Assembly: GCF_001194135.2 (NCBI RefSeq)
Contig: NC_069005.1
Coordinates: 28,443,289-28,500,899 of the forward strand
Reading direction: 5' to 3'
DNA length: 57,611 nt
Source: Octopus bimaculoides
Taxonomy: Eukaryota
Shown here: piece by piece, positions 51,035 to 57,611 of the stretch
How positions within the stretch are numbered: the stretch's first letter is position 1
How the letters are laid out: each line of letters begins with the position of its first letter
Position numbers and translations under genes: made by a program
The notes under the pieces: generated by a model
Told to the model about the DNA's origin: nothing
Database searches by the model: none
What the model saw: only the letters and a program-made list of their open reading frames with translations

Positions 51035-51613
51035 AAGTTATTTGTTAACTTATCATTAGAAAAAAAAAATCAATATATCAGAAATTTAACCTTTACCTGT
51101 CTTGTGTATCACGTATGATACACAAGATATATTTTCCTGTTATCCATGATGTTTTGCAAACAACTCGCACATGCAAGCACTACCAGTCGAGAACTCCGCA
51201 TACCAGAAGCCAGCAAGTGTATGGGGTCATCAGGAGAGAATGCGCACCGTTTTGAGGCTTACCTCTTGACGGCTTCAATGTGCACCATCCCCCACTCACT
51301 GATATGAGGCCCCGCTTGCTAGGTCAACTGGTTATTAAATAAAGCTCAATATTCTTCTAGTCATCGCTCATCGTCTCTTTTTAACCAAATCCAGTGGCTA
51401 GCCTTTTCCACTGTAATCTGGATATATTTTCCTGGTATCGTATATGATACACATGCCCGATTTTTTGTTTTTTTTGTTTTTTGTTTCAACCATTTGAGCA
51501 ACTTGGGACTTATGATAGGAAAGCTTTATATTACTAAGAATGTACGAAACAAGCTAACCAAAAGTCTGGATGTTTGGGATGTATTCATGAAAATATTTAT
51601 CCCCATTTAAATG

Positions 51614-51901
51614 TGGATGTTCTGTTAGAGCAAATTATACTGCAGTAGATAGCGTGAGAGAAATTCTCCTTATTGGCTTCTTGATGCATATTGCAGTTTC
51701 TCTCAAAAATCCAATATGAGCATCCATCATTGACAAGACCAAACAAGATCAAAATCACAGGATCTGGTGGTCTTGGTGCTGGAGTTAGCAGGGATTTATC
51801 TCCCTGCAAGCAATATAATAAACAAGAGCACATTTTGCATTAAAAGCTAAGTTTCTCTCGTGCTATCTACTGCAGTATAGTTTGCTCTAACAGAACATCC
51901 A
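51614..51901. mobile_element. MITE-like element with approx. 50-bp inverted termini
   Basis: TGGATGTTCTGTTAGAGCAAATTATACTGCAGTAGATAGCGTGAGAGAAA (51614-51663) versus its reverse complement at 51852-51901, about 3 mismatches. Confidence 0.65.
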
Positions 51902-52100
51902 GGTTTAACTGGGGATAAATATTACATCTCAATATTAATACTGTCCCTGTTGCTGAGCACTATTTTTTAACAAGCTCACTGGCTAATCATGATACCAAAC
52001 AAGAAATGGTTATTCACATCAAGCATAAACTAACACCTCGCCTTAATCTCACCTACAACATGGGAGGTAGGACTAAGGAGAGATGTTAGCTTGTACATAC

Positions 52101-52195
52101 CTGGTTTCCTGCGACATACAAAGTAGGTGAGTCTGTCAGTCAACTCATACTGGCACTCTATCAAACGGTTGGCAAGATCTGTGTACTTCTCCTCC
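52101..52195 (-). CDS. Git: GIT exon (95 nt, 2->1): EEKYTDLANRLIECQYELTDRLTYFVCRRKP(D)
   Basis: ctacag|G...G|gtatgt; QYELTDRL motif. Confidence 0.96.
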
Positions 52196-52627
52196 CTGTA
52201 GGTTGAGAAAGGGAATGAAATATAAGTGTTTTAGAAAGAGAGAGAGAGATAAAGAGAGGATATAAGTATACGTTAAGAAATAAAGGATTTCCCCCAGACC
52301 TCATCATTGCAAATGGAATTTCACATAGTTTTTTACTTAAAACTACAGAAACATCACAAGAAACTGCCACTCAGAGTTTCATGTTCCTGTTCGTCAGGAC
52401 CAAGACTTGGTCACAAATATTTGATGAACAGGAAACATGAAACTCTGAGTCACAGGAAGATGCCTTTGCAGCATTTATAAAAAAGCATATTACTCTATCT
52501 TCAGTATTTGAGTACTATTTTTCTTCAACCTTGTTTTGCATTTATGTGCTTACTTGTGTGTGTGTGTGTGTGTGTGTGTGTTCCAGTCAAACAACTGAAA
52601 CAAGAATATATATGTGTGTGTGTGTAT

Positions 52628-52669
<42 letters not shown>

Positions 52670-52990
52670 ATATATTATTTTACTTGTTTCAGTCATTTGA
52701 CTGTGACCATGCTAGAGCACTGCCTTAAAGGGTATTAATGGGAGAAATCAACCCCAGGACTTATTCTTTGTAAGCCTAGTATTTATTCTATCAATCTCTT
52801 CTGCCGAACAGCTAAGTTACAAGGATAGAAACACATCAGCATTGGTCAAGTGATGGCGAGATTGATGAACACAGACACACACATGCATGTGCGAGTACAT
52901 ATATATGTGAGTGTGTGTGTGTGTGAATATATATACATATATACCTTAATTGTTGCAGTGATTGGACTGTAGTCATATCAGGGTACTTAC

Positions 52991-53121
52991 CTAGCGTAAT
53001 CAATAGGGGTTTTCCGGTTAGCATCGAGACATCCAGGGTCTGCACCATAAACAACAAGCAGCTCCACCTGTGACGTCTGACCAGCAGCAGCAGCCACATG
53101 GAGGGGACAGTTGTTCTTTTC
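52991..53121 (-). CDS. Git: GIT exon (131 nt, 0->2): ankyrin repeats, EKNNCPLHVAAAAGQTSQVELLVVYGADPGCLDANRKTPIDYA(R)
   Basis: tttcag|GAA...AG|gtaagt; PLHVA, YGADPG and KTPxDY motifs. Confidence 0.96.
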
Positions 53122-53701
53122 CTGAAACAAACAAACAACACAAAGAAATGAGATAAAAAAGAGATAAGCTGAGAGTGGAAACAGAAGAATAATTGCAGAG
53201 TTGGTGGTGTGTAGTGGTGTGTGGTAGTGGTGGTGGTGGTGTGTAGTGGTGATGGTAGTGTAAGAGCACAGGGTGGAGCAAATAGGAAGTGCAAGGAGGT
53301 ACAGGCTACTTAGCTACAATAGGTAGCATGGTGGGGTGGAGGGTGGGGGATTGAAGTTTCTCTCTGGCAGTAAATAGTTGAGCACATGAGTGGCGCAGTA
53401 CTCCGGTATGACTAACCTGTGCTCCTCACCAAAATCAACTAACACCTTTTGCAATGTTTCACTGGTACTTTTTTTTAATACTTGAAGTCAGAATGCAAGA
53501 CACAGGAATGCATATTGCAACGCAATGCATCCAATGCTCGAATGACTTTGCTAATTCCTCACATGACAATGATGGTGGTGATGATGATGATGATGATGAT
53601 GATGAGGGTGGTGGTAGTGTTTGTATGTGTGTGTGTATTTTTTTTAAGAATACAGAGGAATTGAAGACAACACGAAGAATAGTAGTAAGCAAAATACTCA
53701 C

Positions 53702-53788
53702 TGGATTGAAGTAATTAGGGTCAGCCCCTTTGGACAGTAACCTAAGACATGTTTCCAGATTGCTTGTTCTGACGCTAGAATGTAATTG
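53702..53788 (-). CDS. Git: GIT exon (87 nt, 0->0): ankyrin repeat, QLHSSVRTSNLETCLRLLSKGADPNYFNP
   Basis: ttgcag|CAA...CCA|gtgagt; near-identical to the GIT QLHSSVRTGNLETCLRLLS motif. Confidence 0.97.
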
Positions 53789-54267
53789 CTGCAAATAAAT
53801 GGCAGAAACATGAAATGAAGAAAGAACTGTCATAACAATTCTATACATAGATACATACACGCAAGCACACATACACACACACACACACGTTATCATCATT
53901 TAATGTCCACTTTCTGGCATCAACCATGCTTAAATGGTGTTTTTTTACGTGCCACCAGCACAGGAGCCAGTCACTGGCAACAATCACGCTCAAATGGTGC
54001 TTTTCATGTGCCACTAGCACAGGTGCCAATCAGGCAGTACTGTCATCTATATATGTGTGTGTGTGTGTGTGTAAACAAACATACATACATATATGTGGAT
54101 TGTTGGCAATTTTTTTCTCTCCGTTTTCCTTTTCTCTTGGACTTTCCTCTGTCTTCTGTTTCTGAAGAAGAGCTTTGCTCGAACCATAAAGCACAAGATC
54201 TGTGTATCACGATTTCTGGGTTATTTCCCTTCATAAGCACAGAATAAACCTCTTGCCAAACAATTAT

Positions 54268-54312
54268 TCTGTGCTGATGAAGGGAAATAACCCAGAAATC
54301 GCAATACACAGA
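54268..54312 (+). ncRNA. Minimal type I hammerhead-ribozyme-like motif
   Basis: UCUGUG-CUGAUGA-A-GGG(AAAUAA)CCC-A-GAAA-U(CGCA)A-UA/CACAGA: 6-bp stem I, intact core, AUA triplet, A.A at the base of stem II. Confidence 0.55.
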
Positions 54313-54683
54313 TATTGTTTTGAGCTGAGTGGGGGTGCTAGATTCCCTTGTTCGAAAATATAAAGACACAGATTGTGTCATATAGCCAGCTGGAGACGAT
54401 GTCTCCTGGGGCTAAATTACAGCACCATTAGTCATAAACCAGGACTGCCATGTTATGTTGGCAAACAATCTTTATTACAACTATTCTTGTGTGGTAAAAA
54501 GTTTGCTTCCCAGTCACAGGTTCAGGTTCAGTCCCACTGCATGGCACCTTGGGCAAGTGTCTTCTATTGCCTCAGGCCAACCAAAGCCTTATGAGTGGAT
54601 CTGGTAGATGGAAACTAAAAGAAGCCCATAATATATATATATATATATATATAAAAGGAAGACAGACAGACAAACAGACTTAC

Positions 54684-54783
54684 TTTACTAAGGTCCTCCA
54701 CTGTAGAAACATCTCCATCTTTGCCTTGGTTTACAAATGACAAAAACTGATATTTGGTCCTGATGTAGTGGTCTTTATTTGGA
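54684..54783 (-). CDS. Git: GIT exon (100 nt, 2->0): PNKDHYIRTKYQFLSFVNQGKDGDVSTVEDLSK
   Basis: tgccag|T...AAA|gtaagt; IRxKY end of the ArfGAP domain, DLSK. Confidence 0.95.
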
Positions 54784-55254
54784 CTGGCAGCAGGAGAGTA
54801 AAACAAACAAACAAACAAGCAATTAAAATAGCAAACCTCGTTTAATTCACTATCAATCATTATTATTGTTAATAAAATCTAGGCAGTTGATTGTGACACA
54901 ACATAATCCTTTCTACTAAAGGGCACAAGGCCTGAAATTCTGGGGGAAGGGGACTAATAGATGACACTGACCCCTCAGTATTTCACTGGTACTTAAGTTA
55001 CCAACCCTGAAAGGATAAAAGACAAAGTCCACCTCAGCGTAGTTTGAACTCACAATGTAGTTATGGATGAAACACTGCTAAACCTTTCACCCGGCGTGCT
55101 AAGGATTCTATCAACTTACCACCTTATTCTGACATAGCTTAATAAAAGTACATATGTTTATAAGCTCCCAGTCAAAACCTTAAATATACACGTCTTCCCC
55201 AAATATATTTTCCAAATAATTTTCTCCAAAGTGTGTGTATAAAACTGTACTCAC

Positions 55255-55367
55255 TGAACTGGATCGTTAGGATGCGGTTTCTTCTTGCAATGTTTGTTCT
55301 GAGATGGATCTAATAGTGAGTGCTCCCAGATGTTGTTGGCTCCACTGCTGAACAGATGTCGTACCAT
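55255..55367 (-). CDS. Git: GIT exon (113 nt, 0->2): MVRHLFSSGANNIWEHSLLDPSQNKHCKKKPHPNDPV(H)
   Basis: ttgcag|ATG...CA|gtgagt; GANxIWEHSLLDP motif. Confidence 0.96.
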
Positions 55368-55809
55368 CTGCAAGTAAAGGGGAGATAATTTGATTAAAAT
55401 GCCAGTGCAAAACATAAATTTATGTTGTTACCAGATGAGAAAAGGACTGGTCGACACTATTACATGGTACAGAAACATGGACATTGATGAAAGCCATCCG
55501 CTTTCTATGCTGGCATGGCTAGGACAGTTTGAGTGAAAACTGGCAAGGCAGGAGGCTGCACCAGGCTTCAATCTGATCTGGCAGAGTTTCTACAGCTGGA
55601 TGCCCTTCCTAACGCCAACCACTCCGAGAGTGTAGTGGGTGCTCTTTATGTGCCACTAGCAGGGGTGCCAGTTAGGTGGCACTGGCATCGACCACGCTCA
55701 AATGGTACTTTTTATGTGCCGGCAGCACAGGTGCCAGTCAGGCGGCACTGGCATCAGTAATAATATATCAAAATAAATAAATAAAAAAGGAGACAGTGAG
55801 AATACTTAC

Positions 55810-55943
55810 CGCTAAACGTGATGGATTCCATTGCGCTTTTTTCAAGTGCTTCACCTGTGAGATATGTCTTCCAAGGCTGCGATGAACACTGCAACACTCT
55901 TGACATATTAGCACACCTCGGTTCACTGAAGCCCAAGTGGGAT
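55810..55943 (-). CDS. Git: GIT exon (134 nt, phase 1->0): ArfGAP domain, (D)PTWASVNRGVLICQECCSVHRSLGRHISQVKHLKKAQWNPSRLA
   Basis: cattag|AT...GCG|gtaagt; second CxxC plus x4-R arginine finger (CQEC-CSVH-R). Confidence 0.96.
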
Positions 55944-56010
55944 CTAATGAGGAAGGGAAAAAAAAAACAATAGTGAAAGGGTTAGTGATATGGCATATAC
56001 ATATATGGAA

Positions 56011-56231
56011 GGCGGCGAGCTGGCAGAAACGTTAGCACACCAGGCGAAATGCTTAGCGGTATTTTGTCTGCCGCTATGTTCCGAGTTCAAATTCCGCCGA
56101 GGTCGACTTTGCCTTTCATCCTTTCGGGGTTGATTAAATAAGAACCAGTTACGCACTGGGGTCGATGTAATCGACTTAATCCGTTTGTTTGTCCCCTCTG
56201 TGTGTAGCCCCTTGTGGGTAGCAAAGAAATA
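56011..56231 (+). mobile_element. tRNA-derived SINE family A (other + copies at about 1540-1716, 7585-7670, 8555-8771, 20186-20402)
   Basis: GGCGGCGAGCTGGCAGAAACGTT A-box-like head and GAGTTCAAATTCC B-box; the 20186 copy has an approx. 15-bp TSD (AA(T/C)ATGTCTCTGGAT). Confidence 0.88.
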
Positions 56232-57359
56232 ACATATATGGAAATATCAGCAAGGTATGCACCACACTGGTCAATAACACACATGCAGCATTGGTAAAGC
56301 ACAGACATGCAATTTTGGCCAGTAACGTACACACACAGGCACACACACGTGCACAGAGTTGCACAAACATTTACTGCAATAAGACACACACACACACACA
56401 CACACACATACACACAGTACAGAAACTGACCATGGGGTAAACCAGTTATTCACACACACAACATAACACAGAACCTGATCAATTACACACACACACACAC
56501 ACACACAAAATAGTTTCACCATTCCATACCAAAACCATTGTACTACACATTGACAATTTTTAATATCTTGGTATCTGAAGCAGCTGGAGATATGACAGTT
56601 TCACTAAAAGAACCGGCTATTGCAAGCAAAAATAAATATTGAAAAAAAGCATTTGGCTAAATTTGGACATATGACAATTTAACATAATGGCAACGATATA
56701 TTTCCATCTACCAAATTCGTTCACAAAACTTTGGTTGGCCCAGTACTATAGAAGACAAAAGAAACCTCTCAACCACTGCTAACAATTGGTGTGAAACGCA
56801 AGGCTTACACAAACATTAGTGGAGCAGAGATGAGGCAGTTTTCTCAACACTTCAAAAATGAGAAACATGTATTTAATAATTCTCTTGACCAGAATCTAAC
56901 CATCTCAGAACAATTGTTGTAAAGACCCAAGTGGCTCACGATTCAATAGGAATCACATTACATAACCCGGTAGAGTGAAAACATGGAAAATTCAACACAG
57001 GAAATGGAAGGTTCAATAGAAACCGAAGCTCTATTGATGTTTGAAAAGCACAATGAGTGTGTGTGTGTGTGTGTGCATATGTGTGCACACCTCTGCATAT
57101 GTCAGTGTGTATGTGTGTGCCCCTCTGCGTGTGCCTGTGTGCAAATGTGCACATATGCATGTCTGTGCATATGGCTGTTTGTAACAAGATACACAGATGT
57201 AACTGTGTGCATGCAACTGTGTGTGTGTGCGTGTGCGCGTGCCTGTGTGAGTATATAATAACCTCTGGCTTCCCTAATCAATGGCACACAACAGAAGCTG
57301 GTCCAGCTAACTTATGTCTGTCAATTAATCAGTAACAAACAGTATGTAAAGAATAAACA

Positions 57360-57611
57360 GCTAGAAAGAGAGAGGAAGGGGTGAAGACAGAGAGGGATGA
57401 TGGAAAGAGAAGGGGAGGGGAAAGAGGGATGGGATGGAGAGACAGGGAAGAGGAGGGAGGGAGAGGGGAGAAGTGGGAGTGGTGGAGAGGGGGAGAAGAG
57501 GGAGGGGATGGAGAGAAGGGGAAGCGGGGGAAGAGGAAGGGCATTGGCTAGAGAGGGGAGGATGGACAGAGAGGAAGAAAGAAGAGATGAGGGAGAGAGA
57601 GAGAGAGAGAG
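57360..57611. repeat. Purine-only (GA/GGA-rich) low-complexity tract
   Basis: Almost exclusively G and A on the + strand. Confidence 0.9.

Larger units (their letters stand above)
19537..55943 (-). other. Git: GIT-family ARF GTPase-activating protein gene (GIT1/GIT2 co-ortholog), gene span within window; exon 1 not found in window
   Basis: Ordered GT-AG exons on the minus strand with compatible phases translate to ArfGAP, ankyrin, SHD1/2, coiled-coil and paxillin-binding segments that match human GIT2 as I recall it. Confidence 0.96.

Overview
AT-rich, microsatellite- and SINE-dense eukaryotic genomic DNA with 11 N-gaps. The repeat families look like those of Octopus (inference from recognition, not a database search). 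The main feature is a minus-strand multi-exon gene for an ARF GTPase-activating protein of the GIT1/GIT2 family, spanning about 55943 down to about 19500. Sixteen GIT exons were read out by hand, two of them cut by gaps, and they splice in consistent phase (ArfGAP zinc finger, ankyrin repeats, two Spa2-homology repeats, coiled coil, paxillin-binding/FAT-like domain). Exon 1 probably lies upstream of the window and the terminal coding exon is inferred to lie in the gap 19537-19886. There are several candidate lineage-specific cassette exons and a weak candidate second gene near 2276-2774. The rest is tRNA-derived SINEs, RTE-type LINE 3' ends, a DD34D mariner transposase fragment and many MITEs. 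The most notable observations are: (1) at least eight minimal hammerhead-ribozyme-like motifs of the Penelope-element type, some in inverted pairs and many decayed at CpGs; (2) an inverted repeat pair bracketing a 381-nt in-frame three-exon block, a circRNA prediction; (3) same-orientation head-to-tail SINE arrays; (4) a foldback MITE with a telomere-repeat core whose target-site duplication shows that two contigs are misordered in the scaffold. No clearly new biological system could be established from sequence alone.
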